Below the pieces are notes generated by a model that was given only the letters and a program-made list of their open reading frames with translations, made no database searches and had not been told where the DNA came from. From Lacunisphaera sp. (GTDB lineage Bacteria > Verrucomicrobiota > Verrucomicrobiia > Opitutales > Opitutaceae): 51,125 nucleotides of DNA. Numbering within the stretch: the first letter of the stretch is position 1; each line of letters starts with the position of its first letter. The stretch lies in assembly GCA_036568985.1 (NCBI GenBank), contig DATCRM010000109.1, positions 1 to 51,125 of the forward strand, in the 5' to 3' direction. The position numbers and the translations under genes were made by a program. This document shows positions 22,183 to 30,060 of the stretch, in pieces.

Positions 22183-24714
22183 ATGGACCGATTCACGGTC
22201 GATTACGCCAATGCCATGGCCTTTTTCCGCATCAATTCTCCGCTCAAGCTGACGCTGGCCTATGTGATTTTCGGCCTGATCTGGATTGTGGGCAGCGACG
22301 GGTTTGTCGCTTGGCAACTCCACGAAGAGATCGGCAAGTGGGCCATTGATTCAGGGAAGGGGCTTCTCTTCATCGGAGTTACCGGCGGACTGCTCTATAC
22401 ATGGTCGAAGCGGCTCGTCGGCCGCAGCCGGACCGCCGAAGCGGCCTTGCGCGAAAGCCAGCTGCGCTGGCAGTTCGCCTTGGAGGGCGCGGGCGACGGT
22501 CTTTGGGACTGGGACCTCGGAGCCGACCGGGTGTTCTTTTCCCGACAATGGAAGAGCATGCTGGGTTACGCGGAAGGCGAGATCGGCGACGGTGTGACCG
22601 AGTGGGAGACGCGGGTTCATCCGGACGACTTGGCCACAGCATGGGCCAAAATCAATCAGCACCTGAGGGCGGAGACGACGTTCTATTTATGCGAACACCG
22701 ACTGCGGACGAAGAATGGGGCCTACAAGTGGATTCTGGCGCGCGGAAAGGTGGTCGATCGTGCGCCCGACGGCCAGCCAAGGCGGATGATCGGCACGCAC
22801 ACGGATATCACCGAGCGCAGGTCAGCGGAAGCCCGGGTGGCTGACGCGCTGGGATTCGCGAAGGCGCTGCTCAATTCTTCGCCCATCGGGGTCATTGCCT
22901 ACGGACCAGCCGGCCAGGCCGTCATGGCTAACGAGGCGGCGGCCCGTACAATTGGCGCCGATCTGCCCGGGTTGCTCCGGCAGAACTTCCGTGAACTTGA
23001 ATCGTGGCGCCGCTACGGTCTGCTCGCCGCCGCCGAAAAGGCGCTGGCCTCGGGCACCGAGGTCGTGCACCAAGGGCCGCTGGTGACCAGTTTCGGGCGT
23101 TCCCTGTGGATTGAGGCCCGGTTCATGCCGTTTACCTTTCAAGACAGCCGGCACCTCCTGTTGCTGCTGAATGACATGACCGAGGCGCGCCGTACGCTCG
23201 ACAACCTGCATCTGATGGATGCGGCGGTGCAGGCGGCGCCGTTGGGCTGGGTCGTGGTGGACTCCAAGGGTTGTGTGGAATGGACCAACCCCGGCTTCAC
23301 CACGCTCACCGGGTACACGGCTCAGGAGAGCGTTGGCCGCAACCTGCGTTTTCTGAAATCCGGCCGGCACACCTCGGAATTCTACCAGGAAATGTGGGCC
23401 ACGATCACGCGCGGGGAAATCTGGTTCGGGGAAATGATGAATCAGCGCAAGGACGGCACCCCTTACAACGAGCACATGACGATTGTGCCCGTGCGCAACA
23501 CCACCGGAGTGATCACGCACTTTGTGGCGATAAAAAAAGACATCACCGGGCAGAAACAGCTCGAACATCAGCTGGCGCGGGCGCAGCGCCTGGAAAGCAT
23601 CGGAATGCTGGCGAGCGGCATCGCGCACGACCTGAATAATATTTTTGCGCCGATCATGCTGTCGCTCGAGCTGTTGAAGCTGAAATATCCCGCCTCGGAC
23701 GACCGGCGAATGCTTGACTTGGTGGAATCGGCGGCGCGGCGCGGCGGCGGCATTGTCCGCCAGGTCCTGACTTTTGCCCGCGGTACCACGGGTGAACGCG
23801 TCGAACTCCAGCCTCACTATCTGGTCAAGGAAGCCGTCCAGATCCTAGGCGAAACGCTGCCGCGGAATATTCGCATCGTAACCGAACTGGGAGCTGGGCT
23901 GTTGCCGGTCATGGGCGACGCGACCCAGTTGAACCAGGTCATTCTCAACCTGGCAGTCAATGCCCGCGATGCGATGCCGGACGGCGGCCGGTTGACGGTC
24001 GGGCTCAAGGGACTCGTCATCACCGCGGAGAAAGCGGCCCGGAATCCACCGCTGGTGCCGGGGCCATGTGTGGCTCTCACCGTGACCGATACCGGCACCG
24101 GCATTCCGGACGAGGTGCTGGAGCATATGTTCGAGCCCTTCTATACCACCAAACCGCGGGGCAAGGGAACCGGGCTGGGTCTTTCCACGGTGTACGGCAT
24201 CGTGCGCAGCCACGGAGGCGCGATCGAGGTTGCCACGAAGCCTGGGTTCGGCACGACCTTTACCGTTTTGCTGCCCGCGTGCGACCGTGGCACCGAGCAA
24301 ACGAATCCACCACCGCCGATGGCTGCGGCTTTCGCGGGAGCGGGGCGGCGCGTCCTGGTGGTGGATGACGAGGAGGCCATCCGGTCGGTCACCCAGGAAG
24401 CCTTGCAGCGGCACGGATTTGTCGTCGAGTTGGCGAATGATGGCGCTACGGCTTTGGAATTGTTGCGCACCGATCCGACCCGTTTTGCAATCGTCCTCAC
24501 CGACCTCATGATGCCGAGCATGGGCGGACGTGAATTGGCGCGGGCCGTTCGCGATCTCACGCTGACGACACCGATCATCGCCTCTTCCGGATTATCGGAA
24601 GAACCAGCCCCGCACGAAAACCTCGCGGAGTTGGGCATTCGGACGATCCTGAACAAACCTTACGCGGAAGCCGAGTTGCTGGCCGCCCTGCGGCAGGAAC
24701 TGGAGTCGAAGTGA
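22183..24714 (+). CDS. PAS-domain hybrid sensor histidine kinase/response regulator
   Basis: Two TM helices, three PAS domains, GIAHDLNN H-box, NARDAM, DTGTG, FYTTK..GTGLGL, receiver VLVVDD...DLMMP. Confidence 0.93.
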   Translation: MDRFTVDYANAMAFFRINSPLKLTLAYVIFGLIWIVGSDGFVAWQLHEEIGKWAIDSGKGLLFIGVTGGLLYTWSKRLVGRSRTAEAALRESQLRWQFALEGAGDGLWDWDLGADRVFFSRQWKSMLGYAEGEIGDGVTEWETRVHPDDLATAWAKINQHLRAETTFYLCEHRLRTKNGAYKWILARGKVVDRAPDGQPRRMIGTHTDITERRSAEARVADALGFAKALLNSSPIGVIAYGPAGQAVMANEAAARTIGADLPGLLRQNFRELESWRRYGLLAAAEKALASGTEVVHQGPLVTSFGRSLWIEARFMPFTFQDSRHLLLLLNDMTEARRTLDNLHLMDAAVQAAPLGWVVVDSKGCVEWTNPGFTTLTGYTAQESVGRNLRFLKSGRHTSEFYQEMWATITRGEIWFGEMMNQRKDGTPYNEHMTIVPVRNTTGVITHFVAIKKDITGQKQLEHQLARAQRLESIGMLASGIAHDLNNIFAPIMLSLELLKLKYPASDDRRMLDLVESAARRGGGIVRQVLTFARGTTGERVELQPHYLVKEAVQILGETLPRNIRIVTELGAGLLPVMGDATQLNQVILNLAVNARDAMPDGGRLTVGLKGLVITAEKAARNPPLVPGPCVALTVTDTGTGIPDEVLEHMFEPFYTTKPRGKGTGLGLSTVYGIVRSHGGAIEVATKPGFGTTFTVLLPACDRGTEQTNPPPPMAAAFAGAGRRVLVVDDEEAIRSVTQEALQRHGFVVELANDGATALELLRTDPTRFAIVLTDLMMPSMGGRELARAVRDLTLTTPIIASSGLSEEPAPHENLAELGIRTILNKPYAEAELLAALRQELESK

Positions 24715-25038
24715 AGACCCGAATCGGAGCCCGCCTAAGCCCGATAGGCTTCGGCGCGACGGCCTTCGCATTCGCTTCGCCCGGCGGTTTTGAGATTGGA
24801 GCTGGGCCTGCCGTGCGTAGCCACTTCGGTCCATTCGCAGGTCAAAGGCCCTCGCCAAGGCCCCCGGAGGGCATGCTCCTGTCGATGTGACCACAAGCTG
24901 CGCTGACTGGAACCACAAGTTGCGCCCGCTCCCCGAGCGGGCCTGCTTTCGGCCAAACCAGCGGAGGGAACCACAAGTTGTCCTAAGCCACGTTTGGGTA
25001 CGATGAGTTGGCCGAAATTCTCGCCATGGCCTGCTTCG

Positions 25039-25947
25039 CTAGAATCGCAATTCGGTCTGGAGGTGCTCGATCACCTTCTTGGCGCTTGGGCGGATGCTCG
25101 GGAGTCGTGAATTCCAAGCGAGGACAAGGCTCCGGCTCAGGCCGGCGAGGCTGTCAGCTGGAAACTCGACATAGGAGCCGGGTTCAAGGTCCTTGAGGGC
25201 CAGCGCCGGTAGCACCGCGCCAAAGCCTCCCGATTGAACCGCCGTCAGCGCTTGGGGAAAGGACTGGCAGATGAGCGTGGGGCGCAGATCGGTCTTAAGT
25301 CCTTTCGCTACGTCGCGCAGCTTCTGCGTGAATTGTCCGTCGCTCGTGTGGGCGGCAAACGGCAATAGGCTGAACAAATCGCGCAAGGTGGGATGGCTGC
25401 GCGTCGCAACCAGAGCCTTGGGCACGACGGCGGTGAAGCTCAGCACCCCGAGCGGGGCCGACTTCAGCGGAGCCACCAGGGCGTCCTTACGGATCACCCC
25501 AAAATCCCCCCGCCCATCCTTCAATTGCTGGACGATTTCATTGGTGCGCAGATTGCAGGTCGCGAAGCGAGCGGAGGGTGCTTTCCGCAGGACCGCGCCC
25601 AGTCGCGGAATCACCAGCCAATGAATCAGGCTGTCACCAGCCGCGATGGTGTAGTCGACGGTCTCCGACCGACACGTCGCCCTGAAGTCCTGCAATGAGT
25701 GAAGCTGAGTCCTGACCAACTCTGCCAACTCGACCCCCTGGGCTGTCAGCTTGAGCTGGCGGCCCTGTCGACGGGCAACCTCGGTGCCGAAGAACTCGGA
25801 AAGCTCCCGGAGCTGGCGGCTGTATTGACTCTGACGGACCGGGTCGCCCGGTGCGGCCTTGGCAATGCCACCGGCGTCGTGGACTTCGACCAATACGCGC
25901 AGACGATCAAACGAGAGCCCGCGCTCGGAGAACAGATTATCATACAT
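25039..25947 (-). CDS. LysR family transcriptional regulator, divergent from the tRNA operon
   Basis: N-terminal wHTH (GGIAKAA...QSQYSRQLRELSEFFG...LTAQG) and about 300 aa length. Confidence 0.85.
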   Translation of the reverse strand: MYDNLFSERGLSFDRLRVLVEVHDAGGIAKAAPGDPVRQSQYSRQLRELSEFFGTEVARRQGRQLKLTAQGVELAELVRTQLHSLQDFRATCRSETVDYTIAAGDSLIHWLVIPRLGAVLRKAPSARFATCNLRTNEIVQQLKDGRGDFGVIRKDALVAPLKSAPLGVLSFTAVVPKALVATRSHPTLRDLFSLLPFAAHTSDGQFTQKLRDVAKGLKTDLRPTLICQSFPQALTAVQSGGFGAVLPALALKDLEPGSYVEFPADSLAGLSRSLVLAWNSRLPSIRPSAKKVIEHLQTELRF

Positions 25948-25961
25948 GACTAAAAAGTCAC
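25946..25961. promoter_or_regulatory. Palindromic operator, copy 1
   Basis: ATGACT-AAAA-AGTCAC overlapping the LysR start codon; a near-identical copy lies at 34888. Confidence 0.6.
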
Positions 25962-26128
25962 ATATTGTGTGCGATCAGCTATGGCAAGTCTGCGCTCCTC
26001 TGGTATGATCCGTCGAATCAACCATAGACCGACCGAAAGAAACCCAAGGAAAACTATAACCACCCCTTGATTTCCCCAGCCGATCTTCCGTTGTAACCTG
26101 TAGAACACCTTAACGTCTCCCACCTGCC

Positions 26129-26284
26129 ATGAAACCCACATTATCCATACTAGCACCGGCCCTCCGTAGCACGGAGAGGCATTGGTCGTATGCGACCATG
26201 TGTGCCCGAGTGACCGGACGGTCACTTATTGATTCGGGTAATTTTCAACCCGAACCGCAAAGTCCAGGAAGTGGAACCACCTGA
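26129..26284 (+). CDS. Putative attenuator leader peptide (51 aa, all 20 amino acids)
   Basis: MKPTLSILAPALRSTERHWSYATMCARVTGRSLIDSGNFQPEPQSPGSGTT*; its last codons overlap the antiterminator strand. Confidence 0.6.
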   Translation: MKPTLSILAPALRSTERHWSYATMCARVTGRSLIDSGNFQPEPQSPGSGTT

Positions 26285-26341
26285 CGCTACCGAATAGCCG
26301 TAGCCTCTTGCCGCCCACTTCCGCCCGGAAGTGGGTTTTTT
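26267..26341 (+). terminator. Attenuator: intrinsic terminator with competing antiterminator
   Basis: Terminator CCCACTTCC-GCCC-GGAAGTGGG-TTTTTT (26314-26341). GGAAGTGG at 26267-26274 can pair instead with CCACTTCC at 26315-26322. Confidence 0.75.
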
Positions 26342-26400
26342 CATGCCTGAACGGCCGCTTCCGTGGATCGAGACAATCTCAATTTCCATACACCGTAAGC

Positions 26401-26515
26401 GGCTTCAACGCTGAGCCCAGTCAATCAGCCAACGTCCGCACCAAATCCCGCGGGCGTCCAAACCGTGACGACATAGTCGGCACGAGAGGGGCGACGGTGT
26501 GTGTTCTTTTTTGCG
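26401..26515 (+). repeat. Leader arm of long-range inverted repeat, includes boxA-like TGTTCTTT
   Basis: 26495-26515 is the exact reverse complement of 32682-32702; 26425-26436 is the exact reverse complement of 32702-32713. Confidence 0.85.
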
Positions 26516-26610
26516 AAACACAGGACCGCTTCAACGTGGTCCTGTTCAAAACGCGCGGTGCGCCCAACGTGGGCGTTAAACGGCGATGCCCGCCGCGCGT
26601 TCACTTTTTC

Positions 26611-26686
26611 CGCCTTGTCGTCTAAGATGCAAGGATGCCGGTCTTTCAAGCCGGTGATGCGGGTGCGAATCCCGTCGAGGCGGCCA
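26611..26686 (+). tRNA. tRNA-Glu(TTC)
   Basis: Cloverleaf; anticodon loop CTTTCAA; T-loop TGCGAAT; CCA. Confidence 0.88.
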
Positions 26687-26792
26687 TTTCCTATAGGAAG
26701 CGCCGGTTGTTGATCCGAAACCGGAGTTCGTTTCTGCCCCATCGGATTTTTTCTGGAGCTTGCCGGCAGCCAGAGCCGGCAGGGGCTAATTT

Positions 26793-26866
26793 GCGCGCGT
26801 GGCGTAGAAGCAACGCGGCGGTCTGCCAGTCCGCAGTCCCGGGTGCGATTCCCGGCGCGCGCACCA
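26793..26866 (+). tRNA. tRNA-Gly(GCC)
   Basis: Acceptor GCGCGCG/CGCGCGC; loop CTGCCAG; T-loop TGCGATT; CCA. Confidence 0.88.
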
Positions 26867-26976
26867 GCCTTCGCCAAGCGGAGCGTCAGCGAAGGCTGCC
26901 GTCCGTGGGCTTGGCGGAGGATGGTGTTTCACCCGCAAGCGCGGTCCGAATGGCTACGGCTGGCAGGCCATTCTTC

Positions 26977-27053
26977 GGAGCTGTGGTGTCAACAGTCAGC
27001 ACAGCGGACTTTTAATCCGTAGAGTGCGGGTGCAACTCCCGCCGGCTCCACCA
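26977..27053 (+). tRNA. tRNA-Lys(TTT)
   Basis: Loop CTTTTAA; T-loop TGCAACT; CCA. Confidence 0.88.
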
Positions 27054-27136
27054 TTTTGCCACCAGTCAGTCATCGAGGGCGGCCGCAGGAGAAATCTTCC
27101 TGCGCCGAGCGACCTGGAACTGCTGGCGGTGGCTGT

Positions 27137-27211
27137 CGCGCGTTGGGAGAGGAGTCATCCGGCAGTCCGCAAAACTGTCCCACGTCGGTGCAAATCCGGC
27201 ACGCGCGTCCA
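27137..27211 (+). tRNA. tRNA-Cys(GCA)
   Basis: Loop CCGCAAA; U73; T-loop TGCAAAT; CCA. Confidence 0.85.
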
Positions 27212-27220
27212 CTTTTCTAC

Positions 27221-27295
27221 GGGGCTGTGATGATAATAGCAGCATGCCGCGCCCGCAACGCGGACGAGACGGAGCGTAACCGTCCAGCTCCACCA
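27221..27295 (+). tRNA. tRNA-Ala(CGC)
   Basis: G3.U70 present; loop CCCGCAA; T-loop AGCGTAA; CCA. Confidence 0.82.
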
Positions 27296-27299
27296 ATTT

Positions 27300-27374
27300 G
27301 CCCGGGAGGTGTTGATAGATGCACGACTGCCTTCCAAGCAGACGGAGCCGGTGCGATACCGGCCCCGGGCACCA
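27300..27374 (+). tRNA. tRNA-Gly(TCC)
   Basis: Loop CTTCCAA; T-loop TGCGATA; CCA. Confidence 0.85.
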
Positions 27375-27375
27375 T

Positions 27376-27450
27376 AGGCCTTAGATGTCCAAGCGGACGG
27401 GTTGGTCTCCAAATCCGACCGGGAGGGTGCGAGTCCCTCAGGGCCTGCCA
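27376..27450 (+). tRNA. tRNA-Trp(CCA)
   Basis: Loop CTCCAAA; G73; T-loop TGCGAGT; CCA. Confidence 0.82.
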
Positions 27451-27457
27451 ATTTTGC

Positions 27458-27533
27458 GGAGGTTAGGCCGATCAAGTGATGGCGCGTGGCTGAAGACCAC
27501 GAGAGCGCGGCGCAATACCGCGAGCCTCCACCA
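27458..27533 (+). tRNA. tRNA-Phe(GAA)
   Basis: Loop CTGAAGA; T-loop CGCAATA; CCA. Confidence 0.85.
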
Positions 27534-27539
27534 TTTCAT

Positions 27540-27612
27540 AGCAGGAAGCGGACAGTTCCGCCGTCGGTCTCATAAGCCGGCTCATTCCGTGCAACTCGGA
27601 ATCCTGCTCCCA
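27540..27612 (+). tRNA. tRNA-Met(CAT), subtype unclear
   Basis: Loop CTCATAA; short D-loop; T-loop TGCAACT; CCA. Confidence 0.75.
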
Positions 27613-27620
27613 GTTTTCAT

Positions 27621-27696
27621 CGGAGCGTAGCGTAGCAGCCAACGCGCTCGGCTTGGGACCGAGAAATCGCAGGTGCAACTCCTGTCGCTCCGACCA
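27621..27696 (+). tRNA. tRNA-Pro(TGG)
   Basis: C1-G72; loop CTTGGGA; T-loop TGCAACT; CCA. Confidence 0.9.
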
Positions 27697-27774
27697 TTTT
27701 GACTCGCTGTCGCTCGGGGCTTCGCCCCACGCCTACGGCGTGTCCACCTTCGCGTGCCTGCTGGCACGCTTCGC

Positions 27775-27850
27775 CAGGTGTGTGGCCCAGTTAGCGGGGC
27801 ACCGGTCTGTGACGCCGGGGAAATGGGTGCAAATCCCATCCACCTGACCA
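27775..27850 (+). tRNA. tRNA-His(GTG), possibly 8/4 fold
   Basis: Loop CTGTGAC; 8-nt 5' strand CAGGTGTG; A73; T-loop TGCAAAT; CCA. Confidence 0.8.
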
Positions 27851-27855
27851 CTTTT

Positions 27856-27932
27856 GCTCGTGGAGATGAAGTAGTCGAATCAGCCCTCTGTCGAAGGGAA
27901 GTCAGTCGGTGCGAGTCCGATCACGAGCGCCA
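27856..27932 (+). tRNA. tRNA-Asp(GTC)
   Basis: Loop CTGTCGA; G73; T-loop TGCGAGT; CCA. Confidence 0.85.
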
Positions 27933-27937
27933 TTCAT

Positions 27938-28013
27938 CGAGGTGTCGCCTAGCAGCTATGGCAGCTGGCCTACACCCAGCCATACGGGGGTGCGAGTCCC
28001 TCCACCTCGACCA
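27938..28013 (+). tRNA. tRNA-Val(TAC)
   Basis: Loop CCTACAC; T-loop TGCGAGT; CCA. Confidence 0.85.
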
Positions 28014-28014
28014 T

Positions 28015-28089
28015 TGCCAGGTAGCTCAACAGCAGAGCGCCCGCCTGTTAAGCGGTGAGATGCAGGTGCGAATCCTGCCCCGGCAGCCA
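28015..28089 (+). tRNA. tRNA-Asn(GTT)
   Basis: Loop CTGTTAA; G73; T-loop TGCGAAT; CCA. Confidence 0.9.
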
Positions 28090-28094
28090 TTTTT

Positions 28095-28170
28095 CGTCGG
28101 CGAGACAGCCAGTGAAGTCACCTGCTCGACATGCAGGCATTGCTCGGAGCGTCACCGAGGCCGACGACCA
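28095..28170 (+). tRNA. tRNA-Val(GAC)
   Basis: Loop TCGACAT; T-loop AGCGTCA; CCA. Confidence 0.78.
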
Positions 28171-28171
28171 T

Positions 28172-28247
28172 CCGGACGTAGTGTAGCAGCAAACACGCTC
28201 GCCTCGGGCGCGAGTGATCGGGGGTGCGAGTCCCTCCGTCCGGACCA
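28172..28247 (+). tRNA. tRNA-Pro(CGG)
   Basis: Loop CTCGGGC; T-loop TGCGAGT; CCA. Confidence 0.88.
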
Positions 28248-28251
28248 CTTT

Positions 28252-28325
28252 TGCGGTGTCGTCTAACAGCAGGACAACGGGCTTTGGACCCGTGGATGGA
28301 GGTGCGAGTCCTCCTGCCGCAGCCA
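28252..28325 (+). tRNA. tRNA-Gln(TTG)
   Basis: U1-A72; loop CTTTGGA; G73; T-loop TGCGAGT; CCA. Confidence 0.9.
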
Positions 28326-28328
28326 GAC

Positions 28329-28524
28329 GGGGCCTGGGACTGCCTAGCGTGGTCGTCTCCCTGGCAGGGAGAAATTCAGGCGGCTCGTCAGCCATAGCTC
28401 CGCTTCGCGGAGCGACGGCTGATGCGATTGACTCGCTTCGCAAGGCGAAGCTCGGGCCCACGCCCGCACCTGCTGGTGCGCCGCTCCGCGCGTCGTTGCC
28501 GCGCTGCGCCCGCAGGCTCCACCA
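28329..28524 (+). pseudogene. tRNA-Ala(GGC) interrupted by two hairpin insertions in the T arm
   Basis: GGGGCCT/AGGCTCC-A-CCA acceptor with G3.U70; loop CTGGCAG; T-loop TGCGATT (28423-28429) flanked by inserts 28384-28422 and 28430-28508. Confidence 0.75.
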
Positions 28525-28531
28525 CTTTCAT

Positions 28532-28606
28532 GGGTCGCAAGCATTAACAGTGATGCCGCCGGTTCTTACCCGGCAGAACCCGGAGCATTACCGGGGCGGC
28601 CCACCA
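28532..28606 (+). tRNA. tRNA-Lys(CTT)
   Basis: Loop TTCTTAC; T-loop AGCATTA; CCA. Confidence 0.82.
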
Positions 28607-28610
28607 TTTT

Positions 28611-28686
28611 GGCTCGGTGGCGCAGCAGTCAGCGCAGCTCCCTCATAAGGAGAAGGTCGCGGGTGCGAATCCCGCCTGAGCCCCCA
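28611..28686 (+). tRNA. tRNA-Met(CAT) (elongator Met or Ile2)
   Basis: Loop CTCATAA; T-loop TGCGAAT; CCA. Confidence 0.85.
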
Positions 28687-28689
28687 TTT

Positions 28690-28776
28690 CGAGGCGTGGC
28701 AGAGCAGCAAATGCAGCGCGCTGTAAACGCGCCGCCCTCACGGGCTGCGGAGGTGCAAGTCCTTCCGCCTCGACCA
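28690..28776 (+). tRNA. tRNA-Tyr(GTA)
   Basis: Loop CTGTAAA; long variable arm; T-loop TGCAAGT; CCA. Confidence 0.9.
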
Positions 28777-28783
28777 GCTTTAT

Positions 28784-28858
28784 TCCGGCAAAGCGTAGGT
28801 AGCGACGTATCCCAGTGGTATTGGGAAGAGCGGAGCGCAACTCTCCGTGCCGGATCCA
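28784..28858 (+). tRNA. tRNA-Thr(GGT)
   Basis: Loop GTGGTAT; T-loop CGCAACT; CCA. Confidence 0.78.
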
Positions 28859-28864
28859 TTTTGT

Positions 28865-28951
28865 GCGGACGTGGCGGAACTAGCAGACGCGCCGGCCCGA
28901 GGAGCCGTCGGGCGCAAGCCCATGAGCGTGCAACTCCCTCCGCCCGCACCA
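28865..28951 (+). tRNA. tRNA-Leu(GAG)
   Basis: Class II; loop CCGAGGA; T-loop TGCAACT; CCA. Confidence 0.82.
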
Positions 28952-28958
28952 CTTTTCT

Positions 28959-29048
28959 CGCGGCGTGGTTGGAACAGCAGACATGGCGGGCTTAAACCCC
29001 GCCGGACCCTCCGGGTCCGTGCCGGTGCAACCCCGGCCGCCGCGACCA
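28959..29048 (+). tRNA. tRNA-Leu(TAA)
   Basis: Class II; loop CTTAAAC; T-loop TGCAACC; CCA. Confidence 0.88.
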
Positions 29049-29053
29049 ACTAT

Positions 29054-29142
29054 GCGGCCGTGCGTGGAACAGAAGACCGGGTGGTTTCAAAAACCGCTGC
29101 GCCTCACGGCGCGTGGGCGTGCAAGTCGCCCCGGCCGCACCA
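29054..29142 (+). tRNA. tRNA-Leu(CAA)
   Basis: Class II; loop TTCAAAA; T-loop TGCAAGT; CCA. Confidence 0.85.
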
Positions 29143-29148
29143 ATTTAT

Positions 29149-29233
29149 CGACGGGTGGTGGAACGAATACACGCGAGTCTCAGAAACTCGTGGGCGAAAG
29201 CCCGTGCAGGTGCGAATCCTGTCCCGTCGACCA
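29149..29233 (+). tRNA. tRNA-Leu(CAG)
   Basis: Class II; loop CTCAGAA; T-loop TGCGAAT; CCA. Confidence 0.9.
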
Positions 29234-29239
29234 TTTTAG

Positions 29240-29314
29240 CGCTTCGTCCTCTAGCCAGCAGGAGACCCGTCTCTCAAGCGGGCAACGCGGGTGCAAATCC
29301 CGTCGGAGCGACCA
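29240..29314 (+). tRNA. tRNA-Glu(CTC)
   Basis: Loop CTCTCAA; T-loop TGCAAAT; CCA. Confidence 0.88.
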
Positions 29315-29319
29315 TTTGC

Positions 29320-29411
29320 TGCCGCGTAGTTCAAAGTGAACCGTCCGCCTTATACACGGAATCGCGCTAGATGAGCGCCAGGCCCGGGAGCGTTACCCGG
29401 CGCGGCAACCA
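29320..29411 (+). tRNA. tRNA-Ile(TAT) with long variable arm
   Basis: Loop CTTATAC; variable stem GCGCT-AGATG-AGCGC; T-loop AGCGTTA; A73; CCA. Confidence 0.75.
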
Positions 29412-29412
29412 T

Positions 29413-29487
29413 GCCTGTCAGACGTAGCGAGCGACGTGCCGGCCTTGTAAACCGGACAGGCCGGTGCGACTCCGGCGGCGGGCTCCA
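29413..29487 (+). tRNA. tRNA-Thr(TGT)
   Basis: Loop CTTGTAA; T-loop TGCGACT; CCA. Confidence 0.82.
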
Positions 29488-29496
29488 TTTCAATTT

Positions 29497-29627
29497 CCGG
29501 GTAGTGAGATCAGGGTTACTTCGCCTCATAAGCGCGTGGTTGTCGGTTCGAGTCCGACCCTTCCCCCCAATGGGAAGGTAGCTCAATGGTAGAGCACGTT
29601 AACATACCTTGGTCGGTTTTCTCCCGG
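29497..29627 (+). ncRNA. Y RNA 1 (YrlA-like, permuted tRNA domain)
   Basis: CCGGGTAGTGA...TTCTCCCGG terminal stem; T arm, loop-closed acceptor stem, then D arm. Confidence 0.85.
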
Positions 29628-29636
29628 CTCCATTTT

Positions 29637-29817
29637 CTGGGCAGTGAAGATAAGGCTACTTCCGCCACCATCAGTCCCCGTTCCCTTCGGCAGTATGGGA
29701 TGCGAAAACGAGCGCCTTGGCGCGGTGAAAGCCGTGCTAGGGAAGGGCTCTAGGGGAGCCGGACCGGGGCATGTTCGTGCGCCGGTCTGGTTGTCTCCTT
29801 GTCTGATTTTCTCCCAG
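29637..29817 (+). ncRNA. Y RNA 2 (large non-tRNA-like domain)
   Basis: CTGGGCAGTGA...GGCTACTTC...TTCTCCCAG, same scaffold as Y RNA 1. Confidence 0.75.
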
Positions 29818-29825
29818 AAACCTTT

Positions 29826-29959
29826 TCAGAGGCAGTGAGCGTGCGGTTCCTTCGGAAAACGCGCCCGTCGAAAGACGGGAGTTGCAGGTTCAACCCCTGC
29901 CTGAGCCGGCAACGGTCCAGTGGCGGAATCATCATCCCGTGCGCGGCTTCCTCCTCTGA
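29826..29959 (+). ncRNA. Y RNA 3
   Basis: TCAGAGGCAGTGA...GGTTCCTTC...TCCTCCTCTGA; T arm GCAGG-TTCAACC-CCTGC. Confidence 0.78.
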
Positions 29960-29966
29960 TTCCCTT

Positions 29967-30053
29967 CGAGGGTAGTGAGAACGCGGTTACTTCCGGTAAT
30001 GCACGCAAGTGCCCTGGTTCAAATCCAGACACCGTGTTCGTTTTCCTCCCTCG
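29967..30053 (+). ncRNA. Y RNA 4 (short)
   Basis: CGAGGGTAGTGA...GGTTACTTC...TCCTCCCTCG; T arm CTGG-TTCAAAT-CCAG. Confidence 0.78.
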
Positions 30054-30060
30054 TCCAATT

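Noticed and set aside
28329-28524. tmRNA interpretation of the long Ala-like RNA
   Set aside because: It keeps a full anticodon arm, the inserts are in the T arm, it is too short, and no tag ORF is evident.
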